This document shows, in pieces, positions 51,440 through 64,000 of a stretch of DNA of 64,000 nucleotides. Source of the DNA: Phoronis australis. Its lineage: Eukaryota; Animalia; Phoronida. The stretch is taken from contig NMRA01000011.1 in NCBI GenBank assembly GCA_002633005.1, positions 110,214 through 174,213 on the forward strand. The letters run 5' to 3'. Positions within the stretch are counted from its first letter, which is position 1. The number at the start of each line of letters is the position of its first letter. The notes beneath the pieces were generated by a model. The model was not told where the DNA came from and did no database searches. It worked only from the letters and a program-made list of their open reading frames with translations. A program made the translations under genes and the position numbers.

Positions 51440-52990
51440 GACCTCCGCTCTGGCTTGCGCCGCATTCACAGAGCTTCTCGTCGTTCTTGCCCATCTGCCA
51501 CACTCAATTTTCAGTCTGTGGGGTGATGTTCGAGAATTATCGGTTAATTTCGTAAGTCGAAGGATATTACTAGAATATAAACATTTCGTAACTTTCAACC
51601 TTCTTGTGTTTGTTGTATTTTACTACTAATTAAAGTTTTATTAAAAAGTGGATAGTACATGTATCTGCGAAACATTCATTACATATGGCGGCAATTGAGA
51701 GCTTATCCATAGTGCACGAGTCGGCTGTAACTCAAAATGCGACCATTTTAGGTGGTGGTGGACCGCCAAAATGAATTTAAAAGTATTTGGATCTGTATGA
51801 ATGAACATTATGTGGGCGTAAGTTTCGATTAAACTAACTGGCGTTGAAATCCGTTTTATGAAATGGTAAACAAAAGGAGGTACCTTTAAGTTCTTAGTCA
51901 AATATAGATATGTTGAGAAATGCATTTTTGAGTACTTCGTCTGTCTTTTGCGCAGTGTTGCACATTATTTTCAATTGGCATGAGACAATTCTAAGTCTTT
52001 GCCTTTTGTTGTCGTTAAATTAACGGCTTTATTGACGAAGGAATATACCTGTAAAAGCGTGAATGACGACAAATTTCTGTGATTGAATGACTAGTGGAGA
52101 AAGGATTGCCTTTCTTTAATCGCTTGTTTCGCGCCTGTAATTCCAGTTTCTTCGGAAACCAGATGGTTGCTCGCCGTACTTCGTATAATAACCAGTTTCT
52201 TTAGGCTGGATGCAATCTATTTTTGACTAATGGATAAGCGATTGAGGGTCCAGTTTCGCAGCTGCATTAGTTAAGTCGGTGAGATACTAGTGTTCCAGAC
52301 GTTTTTTGACATGGTTCGGCGCGTCGTTGTTCTTATATACAGTACAAGTAGGAAGCACATTTTAACACTTGACTTTCCTCTTCTTCTTACCGCATGAACG
52401 CACTTGGGAAGTCGCTGTTTCAGTAGTTAACAACATTTACCATAGTGTTGGATTTTCACACAATCGCTTAACTCAATTGCTGTCTTGCCGATTGCTATAA
52501 CAGTTATTAACCTTGGTTTGGTATGGTGTATAAACATGCCGATTTCGCCTGCACGAGTTTCTAGAGCTTGCAACTCTCTTTTCAAATTTCTACTCGATGA
52601 AGCGAGAACAGTCGTGATATCCATAAATGTTAACAATGTAAGTTCTCTAACCAAGAGTCATCTCGTGTACCTGTAATAGTTTTAATGGTTGTATGGATAA
52701 AAGTGAGAACCATAGGCAACTAGTACTAGGTCCCTCAGAAAATGAAAGGTCTGTCTACCTCTCTTAACGGTTGATGAAGTGATCTCCAGAAAAAGCTTTA
52801 AGAAATCGTGAGCTACGAACTTGTTGTTTCAATATTTGGATTCAAGAAGTTCTGTTCACTTTATCACACGTAGCCGATGGAATCGATAGATATTTGTTTG
52901 CTAATCTAGCAAAGTCAATAAGACGCCTTGCTAGGATGTGCTCTTCGCAACTACGCCCTTTTTGCACTCCTTACGGTTCCTCATGTGGGC
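51440..52990 (-). mobile_element. Decayed non-LTR retrotransposon (RT core to ORF2 C-terminus)
   Basis: LLIDFAR...DKVNR (RT domain 3 region), LTLLTFMDITTVLASSSRNLKRELQALETRAGEIGMFIHHTK (YADD-equivalent FMD(D)) and SRTSPHRLKIECGRWART (conserved C-terminal R.S.H.L.IE.GRW motif). Confidence 0.7.
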
Positions 52991-55900
52991 GATGCCGTGG
53001 TCAATGTGCGAAGCTAGAATCATACAGTTCGAGGTTCATGTTGGCTGTACAACTGTAGTTGCGTCAGGATCTAGAGAATCTCATTTTAGTAAACACTAAA
53101 GATTTTAGACGTGCTTCCAAAGTTCCTGTTATTCGCCTCCAGAAACGCCATGTATGGACTTAAACAAGGCTTACACGACCGTTGTACTTCTATAGGACTA
53201 GACAGTTTTAACAGACACTTTGAGACTCTGATGGTTTCAGTGTTCTCATTGTTGGTAATGGAAATACAATCATGGTAAGTGAGAAATATTACGAGTCATG
53301 AGACTAAAAGGCCTAATTCGATATTTTCGTTTCTCGCCAGCTAATTCAAGCGTGGTAAAATGCAGAAATTGAGTTTGTGCATTCTGTTGGCTGATCCCTC
53401 ATCAAACTAATTGTATAACTGAGGAGTTTTGATAGCACAATAAAAACACGTTATTTTCAAATCAGAAGTCAGTTTCAATTTTTTAAATTAATAGTGAAAC
53501 GTGATGCAATTTCATGTCTCATTCTTTGGTTTTGGACGTTTTCAGTGCGATCACCTGAGGAAATTTGTCGTGAGCCCGTCGGTACGAGACTTATTTACAC
53601 TTATCGATTTTTGCGGTAAAGTTGAATTCCATAAAATCTGTCATCCCTAGAACATGTCTTTCTCACACCCATGATACTGCGACTTGCTCAAGGACTGCAT
53701 TATGCATAATATCTGCGAAAATATTTATTATAAATAGAACCTTTGAAAACTATCAATCTGGCTCATAACAGTGAATTGAAATCGAGCTTGACACTGCCTA
53801 CTTAATTTTGATGTTTTCTGTCCGAAAAGTTTTACACAAGTCTTTTGTAATTTTCCTGTTAGGAAAACTTCGGTTTATTGAAGCTTCTCCGAAACTTCGC
53901 TTACCTTTCCCACTAGCGGTATCGAACTTATCGCTACGACAACAGACGACGCACTGACGCAGTTCATTTACAGTCTCAAACGAATCTTGAGTAGCGAGTT
54001 CGAGGCAAACTGAAAATTGTTCGCCTGCCATTTACGTGTTTTAATGAAAATGATCAGTGTCATTCTTCATCAGATGGGCTTTTTTATTTATCTACGTCGG
54101 CTATACTACAACAACAGAACAAGTTTTGCAAGTCTCGCGTGATCGTATATCGTTGCCGCGACCTCTACCGAAAACTTCGACGAAGTTTCGCTTTAACTGC
54201 TCCTGCTACACCGAAGCTTCGGTGAGTACCGATTGAAACTTTGGTTTTAAATCCTACTATTTTAAGTTTCGCTTGCAGATTAACTACCGGGTTTAACCTT
54301 TCCCGCGAAGTTTCGTCTCTAATGGGAGAGCAACTTTTGTTAAAGAGGTCACCATGCAATGACGTGTAATCGGCTCTTGTATAGTTCCGGAGATACTTTT
54401 ATACAAAGGGACATGCCGCTCAAAGGGGGCCTTTTCTCGACGAGATTCTCTATTTAAGGGTGCCTTTTAGACAAAATCCCCTGCGAATGGTTTTTCAACT
54501 ACACAAAGCTACCGAATGGTTTCAATGTCAAAATCTCTTTTCCAAATCAAGTACCCATTCTTGGCAACATGGCATCTCTTCTAGCATTGTTTGGGACTTA
54601 CTTGTAAATGTAGCTGTTCGGGAATTCTTATGAATCCGCTAGATTTTGCGGACATCCCCGTCAAAACATTCGGGTATCTCCGGGAAAACGAGGTCCTAAT
54701 CCTCGCCCTAAAATCACCAGGACTGTGGAAGCATTGCATGCCCTTGTAATGCACAGCGGTCGGGAATCTGTCTGCTTCTGGGAGTAGTCTGCGAGGTTGG
54801 GTCTCCTGTTGGTGAGATATAAGCTTAGCTGGTAAATTTATTTAACATTTTACACGCTTTGACCGAACTGTAATATTCAAAATTCAGGAAACTTTACTGA
54901 GTCCATATCTTTCACAACGCATTTTGAAATGGTACAACTCGAATATCTCCTTGCGCGCGTCCTTCCAAGTTTGCATAAGTAACTTGTAGCGTTAGGCTAT
55001 TTTCTGAAGGCCTTTAGAAATTTAGATGTTGTTACCCTAAGCACAGTTGATGCGTACATGTATATGTACATTACCAAATAAGCAATTTTAGGGTTTGCCA
55101 ACCCAATAAACTCAGATGCATTTCTTGAGTGGCTTATGGTTTCGAAGTTCTTTTTGGTAACCGAAATAGAATAATGTCTCGGTAAGGAATATTATAAAGC
55201 CGTTTTTGAGAGTAAAACGCCCAAGTTCTATTTTGATAGCTTCTCATGAAAAATAGGAACAATATATACAGGTGTGAAACATTTCCTAACAGCGTTTTGG
55301 AGAACAGTGCACAAAGCATAGGACAAGTTCCATGTGAATTCAGTCAGCCATTTCTGGGATATGATGTTACGCTGTAATCAAAATTTGGACATTTTTTTAG
55401 CGATCTACATGCTCTACGCAATCTTAACATAATTTAAATCTACCCTAGTTTGAAATTCCAATTTATTTACATTGAAGATTATCTATCTTCCCCATTGGGA
55501 GCTTTCTTTCGAAAATTTTAATGAGCCGATTAGTGTACTTTGAAAACGGTTTCACAACGAATCCGTTGGTTAGCTATCGGGACTGAAACAGAAACCTTTG
55601 ATTTCTTTTACACGTTGTTAACCCTGCAGGTACATTGTGATGATTCAACACGTCAACGTATCTATCCTGCAACAAAGAAAGAGTCGGAATCTCGGGAGAG
55701 TTAAGGTTTGGGTTACCGAGCAAGCTACACGTACATGTAAATGAAAAATAGGAAACCTACGGCTTCCACAGGTCTATGATGAAATACAGTATGTTTTCTC
55801 TCCAGCACCGTACAAACTCTGAACACTATATCACTCAAGACGGCACAACGTTTCTGCTTATATAGAAATTGACCACTATATGACCGTAAGGGTTTTGGGG

Positions 55901-57305
55901 GGTTCTAACGCCTTAGCAACGTCTCACAAATCTCTGAAAGTGGAAATTTAGAAAATTAGGACAAACCTTGATTCCATAATTATTTTAAACCGGTTTGGTT
56001 GAACTTAAAGACGGTCTAAACCAAGTTATGTTGCCAAAACGACTTTTCCGCTTGTTATTTTGCTCTTCCAAAGCAACGTTATCCTCTTTTTATCCTTAAT
56101 TGCTGTAATGAAAGCACCGATTCTTTTCCATGTGTCGCCGATGTTGTTTCACTAAAACAGTTACCGCAAGAAGGAAAACAATCGTAAAGAGCTCTCAGGA
56201 AAAATAACCAGTCAGTACAAACGGGTAAACTCGTCCACAAGTCCAAGTATTTGTGAACTTTCATTCACGTGGCCATTCTTTTCAACTGAGCTTCGTTCAC
56301 ATGTCGGATCAATTAAATCCTTCACATGGTGCGACCACGGTCGTGATATTGAGACGCGGAAAGTTGCCCTCTGTGTTCCACCTAGTCTCATGGTGTACCA
56401 CAGACTTATTGGCGCCACACGCACAGCAACTGTGCTGATCGATGTGTTAACTGTACGGGACCTGTCATTAATGTGATGGTAAACAGAGTGTGCCTGTCAA
56501 ACGTGCAAGTTTCAAGAAGGATGTTAAACTAAGGCTGGCCATCGTAACTGTTGCCCGTCTTCGAATTTTCGAAATTGACGTACTGTAATCTAATTAAAGA
56601 ATTTAGCGCAAAAGAACATGCCGTACCAATTTGTGACGTTTTATGGCCGTCAGCACAAAAGTCAAATTTCCCGTGGTCTTGTTTTCTGCCATGACGCTGT
56701 GCTCTACTGTGCTGACTGAGTAATAGCGTAGATTATACAGTACAGTATATAGGTATCGTGGGTGTCTATAAGCTTCCGGTGAAAATCGCCGTGGCACAAT
56801 TAGGTGTACTAGCTGACAGTAGGTGATGAGCAGAAGAAAAACAGCATGGAGTGTTGTGGGTGTTCACTTCCCCGTTTTGTTTTTTGGTTTTTGGCATAGT
56901 TCACATCAGATACTATTAAAGAAATGTAAGAACAGAAAACATTTGCGTAGTATCATATGACTAGAAAAGCATCTAGGGTAGCACTTAGTTGTCTCCTTAG
57001 GCTTGATAAATCATTGAGTCCAGTGCTCGTTATGGCGTGCTCAAAAGAGACGCTTTCATAAGTGTTTATTCGCACATGAAAGACACACGGGAACATGATG
57101 GTCACAACGCTGAGCTCTCAGTGGTAGGCTATCCTCCAGAAGCATTGATGTCACTCGGCGATTCATGATTAGTGGAAAAGGCGTTTGTTATGCGACGCTC
57201 TGGCGAACTGAACACTATTTGAAGAAAGTAAGACACTAAGCACGTCTACTAGTGATTACTTTTTCGTCAAATGGCTACCAGTGGTGACTAAAGCGGCCAG
57301 ACTGC

Positions 57306-59253
57306 CAGGCCCGTACCCAGCAGGCAGGGGTGGTTCGAATTTCTAGAACGGTTGACTTTTTGATATTTTGCAAATGTCGACATTGTAGAGTTTTCGGTAA
57401 GGCAATTTGACGCAGCTCAATTACGGGGAAAGGAAATCTGTATACACAACGATGACTCTCAGCTCTATGTTTCTGAGATGAGACAGAATTTATTATAACA
57501 GAAATGAGGATGCTCGGACGGTTGCTTGCAAAGAGAACGTTCTCGCATTACCTCCTGCTAAAATTTCAAATCAGGCATGCTGATAGTGAGTGACTACACC
57601 TCATTACATATTTGGATGGAAATATGAAGTTAATTTGGAGAATGACTTGACGAAATTGTATACGTGGTGGTATTCTTACGTGTTACGTAAGTTGCTTACG
57701 TCGCTGGAAATGGGAACAGCCCACTATTTCAAAGGTTCACCACTCCGATGGCTCACTATTCCGAAGGTTCACTGCTCCGTAAATATCCAAACTTTCAGAC
57801 TCATGTTTAAGTTTTATACTTTTACATGCAAAAATATACGATACTTTGGTTATTAGTGGTTGTGAGTGGAGTACTTATACGGAAAACAGCGCCCGGTTAC
57901 TAAATCACATTGCTTGGATTCCATGCGCATGCGAAATTACCCGCATGTCTTAATATGGGAAAAAGAGTACGTACTTGCACTTTTAAAAGAAGAAGAATTA
58001 GTTAGAAATATCGATGAATTATCAACCATGATGCATTCATTAAATCCATGTCAAGATCACATCACAGCGCGACTGAAAAGTTTAGGGCCGCTGCGCCTCA
58101 GCCTCACCCAAGGAACCACGCTCAAGGCCTGGTCGTAAATAAATGGCCAACCTGCTTTTGCCATCTTCACGAAGTCAGGGAGTCACATTCAGTCTTCTTA
58201 ATTTAAAAACCGCCGTTGGTCACCGCAGCCCTGAACCGTGCCCCCGAGATTTTTCCCCGAGTCAGACTATCAGCCAATGAGAGTAACGAACTGTCGCAGT
58301 TCTGATTTTGGAATTGTGGAAATTCGAAGTAGTGTATTTTCGGAGCAGCGAACCCTCGGAGTAGTGAACCTTTGGCATGTAGCTTAGGAAACTTTGCCAT
58401 CAATTTTGTTGCTCGTATGAAGTCCGCAGGGCTGTACACCATTGACAATGATTGGCAAGATAAAACTTTCTTCATTGGCCAAAGTTGAGGTCGTAGCCTT
58501 ACTTTTCCATAATACAGTACAAATCCTCGACAGGGTTTTCTCAGTTCAAGAAAACACGGTAGCTGAATGTCTGGGTTTTGAGCATGACGGGACTGTCAAC
58601 AGTGAACTTACCGTCAGCGTGTACTGAATTTAAAACAACGGAAACGTACTCATGCATGTCAATCCACCAATTAACAATCAAAGTGGAGACTGGATGAACA
58701 ACATATTTGCATATTTGACGATCACTTCAATTCAAAATTTGAAAATGCTTGCAATTTACCGTACTACTCAAGCAATTAAACCAAAATAACAGAATAATAA
58801 ATCTCAATTTTCTGCCATTTCATTTCTTGGCCAATTAAGGCATTACATTTTGGGAGCTCTCTTGCTGTAGAGTTTACTTAGGTCACAGGGCTCGAGTTCT
58901 TTGCCTAGGTATAGATATTCACTTCTAGACCCCTTGTTACCCGCTGGTGTAGCCACAACGCGCGCTCATTGCTTATGAATAACATGAAGCTTCCTCTTAT
59001 CGCCTGTATGATCCTGTCATCTACACGTCGAACACCACTCGGGCGGTACGACCCGATGCCACGTGAAGCGCATTGAATCAGAAGCAAATTTCAAAATTAT
59101 TACTAACTTTGGGTTATTACTATAGTTAATAGTACCAGTAGCGGCAACGATTTTGTTGTTGTTGTCCATTCCGTCCTATCTTTAGCGGGGGGACTGAATC
59201 TTTTCCGCGGGGGAGGTTCGATCGAACCCCCGGATCCCCTGGCTATGGGCCTG
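57306..59253. mobile_element. Possible hAT-like element, or two MITE halves, with CAGGCCC termini
   Basis: Left end CAGGCCCGTACCCAG..ggggtggttcga; reverse complement of the right end CAGGCCCATAGCCAG..gggggttcga. No matching TSD. Confidence 0.35.
57718..58375. mobile_element. Non-autonomous DNA transposon with 16-bp subterminal repeats
   Basis: Left end has tandem GGTTCACYAYTCCGAA-like units (57719-57780) followed by aaata. Right end has the reverse-complement units tattttcggagcagcgaaccctcggagtagtgaacctt (58335-58372). Confidence 0.65.
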
Positions 59254-61008
59254 CATGTGACTCTCAACGTATTGATACATGTACGTGTAGCTTCTCTGAG
59301 ACGGAAGTTTTACATTTTTCATCACGAAGTGAAGACTTTACCTGAAATTTTCAACCGTCTGCAAGTTTTCGCTTAAATGTATTGCCACGAATTTGCCAAT
59401 ACGTTTAGTAAAATCCTGGAGCCGATATTGATTAAACTTGTCATCAGTTGTTGAGATTACAAGGTGGAGACATCACCTAATTCCTCAGTGTAGGATTTTG
59501 TTCTAATAACCTAACAGTAAACTGACAATAATTGAGTTTCTGCAAACTTATATCAACGACTACAGAAAGAAAATAGTAACTGACAGTCAACGAGATGTAA
59601 CTAGTGAGTTTGTACGTGTAAGCCTAATCAAATGATTACGTGGCCTATACATGTACATATACATGTACGTGAGGTGAATTAATCCGTTCGAATCCCGTGC
59701 TCATTTATTTAACTCCAAATCTTAACCACTGGCAAAACAACGAGTTTTTGTCATTTTCTTTATTTCTAAGGTCGTATAGCAAGTGTCAATTTACTTTTAA
59801 CATGGCTATTTCTATGAACATGACTTCCAGCGAGACTGAAATCACAACAAAGAAGCAGTCGGGGTATCAGTGGATTTCAGTTAGTAATTGTATGTTTTAA
59901 AAGAGAACAGACATTCAACAGAGTTGTTTGACTGACAAGTTTGAAGCTAGCACGGTTGTTCGGTTTTGTGTGACTTGATGGACTCGTATCGGAGCTTTCG
60001 CGCAGAGCATTTTCGGAACACGAGCAAAAGCCTAGTCAAAACATTGTGGCAACCGGGTTCATAAATGTCAGTCCGTAAAGGACCTCAAACAACTATCCAT
60101 CACATGTAATCGCCCTAAAACACTCAAAATCAAAGTCGCAAAGTTTGAGATGTGTTTTTCACGATTTCTCTCGTCGTAGTATAAACGCAGAACATGGCAC
60201 GATGACTCACGGTTTTGAAAATAAGATGTCACGTTCAGTAAACCATTGAGGTTATGTAATTGGTTATATGACACGCCAGTCAGTAAGGCAAAGCTTGTAA
60301 TGATTAACAATGACTTTCTTTTCTTGCAGTTAATAGTTTTGGGGAAATTCAACTAAATTCAGCCCATTTTCGCAGTAAAACTCAAAGGCAGTTCAATTGA
60401 CTATACCAACCCTGTACAAGCATGTCACGAAACTGCTCTCAAGCACCGAGGTAAATTTACGGTTTTTGTTAATGCTCGCTCCGACAAACACAACATGTCC
60501 GTTGATTTTGACCAGAAGGTCTTGCGAGATTACCTGATGTCACGTAGTCAGACCATTGTTCAACTTAAAAGCAACTGCCTGCTCATGGGTTTGTGGGTAA
60601 CACAACAACTGAACAGGTAATAATTTGGGATTCCATGTTTTATAGTCTCTGCATAAAGATACTGATTGTTTCATAAGTTTATTAAATATCGAAATTTATG
60701 GGTTTTGATTTTGGACATATAAAGTAAGATTACAAGAGAAGTAGAATTAACTGATCAGCAAATGCAAATTACGCACATGAAGTGTAGATTTGAAACTTTG
60801 ATGATCTTAGAGTATGTGCATACATGTATGAATTGTCTTTGTGCGCAAATCTTAACCGTTGTCTTTGTAAAATGCGGGCTTTCGATTAATCGTCCGCCAG
60901 GCTTGTTATTACATAGGGGAATTGTCGCACTCGACACGGATTTTCGCCCGGGCGAAAAAAAGATGCCCAGTGCTAGCGTATATGCTGTCAGCATCGATAC
61001 ATACCGTT

Positions 61009-61022
61009 GTTACCATGGCGAC
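61009..61022. promoter_or_regulatory. RFX X-box-like motif GTTACCATGGCGAC
   Basis: Near-consensus X-box (GTTRCCATGGYRAC). Confidence 0.35.
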
Positions 61023-61906
61023 TACACCTGTATAATTAGAAAACGGATAATTGCCGCACAAATAAAAAAGTTCATGTTTATTTGTGCGTCGATTTTCCGT
61101 TTTCTAATCGTACTTTGACCAAAAAAAATGACACCTGTATAAGTTTCTAGTGCCACAATACGTGTAGTGGACGAGTGACTGTAGGCAAATATTGTCATCC
61201 GCAATTGCCGGCATTGAAAGGCAGTTTGCTTACCATGGTGTTTGACGTGTAGGTGGGTCGGGTCGAGGCGCAAGGAATGTAAAAAGACTTGAAGAAGCAA
61301 TTTTGGTGTAAGATGAACGGAGAAAGATAACAAAATGGCCCTGCAGTTGATGATCGTGACAACCACGTCTGAGGCCAGTCTCGTTTGTTTAAGCGTTGAT
61401 TTTGCATTAGGCAAATCTTGCGCTAACAAGATTTGCACGAAACTTGAGTCCCGTTTAGACACCAACGTTTGACCCGGCGCAACTGACACAGGCACAGAAC
61501 AGTTCTCACTGGGTTTTGCCTATCAGAACACACGTCAATGGACTCTTCACCCTTTCTTCACTCTGTCAAAAACTGCATGCAATTAAAGAAAAGTTTTGAG
61601 TCATTTCACACCACAAGCCCTACAAATGAGCACAGAAACTTTATTTTGTTCTTGTATTTTTGATCCTTTCACTCTCACTGTAAACCTAGCTAGACTAAGA
61701 AAAATAGGTGCAAAAATGCAAAATTGGCACTTTTCACCCCAAAACCACCACTTCCCTGCCGATGCTCGACTAAAGACAACACTAGATTCCGAAAGCAAAT
61801 TTCCTAGTGATTCCAAAAATGTGGTTCAAATGTACTGTCAACCTACTAGTTTTTTTTGCAAATCTGGCTTGTTTGAGGGCTACCTGAAATCGCGGCCAAT
61901 TTCTCA

Positions 61907-61972
61907 GTATGTACTATATGTATGTATGTATGCACGTATGTATGAACGTATGTATGTATGTATGTATTTATG
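61907..61972. repeat. Imperfect (TATG)n microsatellite
   Basis: Directly visible tatg repeats with interruptions. Confidence 0.9.
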
Positions 61973-62627
61973 CACGTTCTTATGCGTGTATTAAACCAAT
62001 GAAAACTTTGAAATAAAACATTATTCTGATTGCACCACCAACAATATTATTTACCTTATAACTTGTAAAAAAATGTTCTATCCAATACGTAGGACAAACT
62101 CAACATAATCTACAAACTCAGTTTCGTAATCATAGATTTAACATAATACATAAAAACATTTCTGATACTATAGGTAATCATTTCAATTCCAAAAACCATA
62201 ATATCCGAGATATTTCTGTACAAATAATAGAAAAACTCCAACACCCCAGTACCCCTCACAGACTCAAAAGAGAACAATATTGGATAGACAAGCTCAATAA
62301 AATAGAACCTCATGGATTGAACATAAAGACTTCTTAAAATATGTCATTGAATATTTTACGCAAAAGTGTATCATATTCATTACACCATATCTTATATGTC
62401 AATTGTCATATAGTGTTTGATTTTACTTTATTTCTGTTTTTGTTGACAAAGGAAGTTGTTAAATCCGAAAATTTCAAAATTCAGTTGATCCATTCTTGTT
62501 GTTTTATTTACCGATTTATATTCGTGTATTTTACAAATGTATGTGCATACAGTATTTAACACTATAAAACTAAATCAGAATCACTAATACCGAAATATCG
62601 AATCATGCTTCCAGACTGTAACAGGGG

Positions 62628-62642
62628 AGCGCCCTCTGGCGA
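62628..62642 (-). promoter_or_regulatory. CTCF-like site TCGCCAGAGGGCGCT
   Basis: Close match to the CTCF core CCRSYAGRKGGCRS, within a locally CpG-rich stretch. Confidence 0.4.
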
Positions 62643-64000
62643 CCACTGTCCTCATTCTCATGTCCCCGGTAACGGTGCCTGTGTTTGATTTTAGTTGAGC
62701 TTCCGTGAACCGTGGCGCGAGTCTTGTAACGGAAAGTAAGAGTTCTTCCCATTATACTAAGGGTCTACTACGCCCCTTGTACTATAATGTGTCGTCAATA
62801 TGACCCGCAAAGTACATTGGCAGCGACGATATGCGGACATGCGCACTCGGAAGCATTTGCATCGGATGTGCTTGACCGTTGTAAAGAAATATTTTGCCAC
62901 ACCTCTGTGTGAAAAGTATAGTTAAAATTCATACCGTCGGAGCGCATCTTTCTAATTAAAACGGCTTAACGATTTTGTGTGAGTAAGTTTCATGAATTCC
63001 GAAATTCTTAAAAGACGCTGTCTGTAAACATCGATTCATCGCCTACTAAATGACTTTGCTGTCAATGGATATTTATTAGTTGCAATTTTCTCACTTTCTT
63101 AATTGCATCTGCGAAATTGATTTCTGTACACGAACTGTCATCTTTTCCAGGTATTGTTCACTTAGAATTCTTACAGTACGTATTCAGTGCCAGCAAATGG
63201 CTGTATTGAATTAAAGATTGTCACAGCTTTCAACCCACTATAATGTTTTGTCTACTTTACACGTTCAACTTCGTTTTACTTATCATAGATATAACTCTGA
63301 AAGTCTGTGTACCAAAGCCTAAAAAATCTTGTCTTCTGTGTTTTGATAGTTGTAAATGCAGGACCTCTCAAATGAATATCCTTTGACCAAATGGTGACTG
63401 AGGCAATTGTTTCGGTCAAAGGTCAGACTTCACCTCACGTGATCGTACGGCTTACATGTACATGTATCTAGATCAGAATTAGTTGTGTTTCCGTTTCCTA
63501 CCTCGAACATAAACAAAATCATTGTCATTTCCCTTCCATTAGGTGGACTGTTTCGTGACAGCTTTGTCGATTTTTGTTTGTAATATTAAAAAGGAGAGTC
63601 CTTGGAGTTCTTTGAAGACATAGCGGCCGGGACACTGGCATGTTTCCCCAAGAATAGTCATTGCTAACTATGGAAGTCATTGAGGGCTGTTCCAGCAAAA
63701 TCTGTATGGGAGGGGGGGAAGGCACTTTTATTTCGTACCCACCGCCCATATTTTTCATTTATTTCTCCAACCCATGACCCATAATATTTTAATTATTTTT
63801 AATAGGTTAAAACATAAAATCCAGCACTTGCAAACAAATTGCCTCTAGGAGGACCTGTTAAGAACTTAGATGATTGACAGACAAGAACTAGTTGTCTTGT
63901 CCAATATTGTCAGAAACTAAAGTAGCCTGTGAGCAATACTTTTGGCAGCCACCAGGTGTCTCTGTTCACCATGTGTCTATAATTTCAATGAACATTTTTT

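Noticed and set aside
61022-61994. 157-aa and 132-aa ORFs
   Set aside because: They have non-ATG starts and no domain motifs. The second runs into the TATG microsatellite and looks like repeat interior.

Overview
This is eukaryotic genomic DNA from a draft assembly (a 605-nt N gap plus single-N junctions). It is AT-rich and intron- and repeat-rich, and probably comes from a marine invertebrate bilaterian (inference). The only confident gene is the 5' part of ADHFE1 (mitochondrial hydroxyacid-oxoacid transhydrogenase) on the minus strand: five GT-AG coding exons between 12587 and 2431, with the rest of the gene beyond the left edge. The remaining ~51 kb is intergenic or intronic. It holds decayed LINEs (CR1/L2-like and L1/Tx1-like), MITEs (including a clean hAT MITE with an 8-bp TSD), microsatellites and a likely haplotype duplication artefact. 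Three observations stand out. First, a head-to-head inverted pair of Penelope-like retroelement copies is joined at a 12-bp palindrome, and each copy ends in a minimal hammerhead-ribozyme-like motif with a non-canonical (G/A)3-C8 core. Second, a frameshifted stand-alone HIRAN-domain ORF lies next to a DNA-transposon-like terminus. Third, an intronic higher-order repeat of ~147-bp monomers carries CTCF-like cores. I see no support for a wholly new intact biological system, and nearly all ORFs in the supplied track are spurious. Protein family calls come from motif recall, not database searches.
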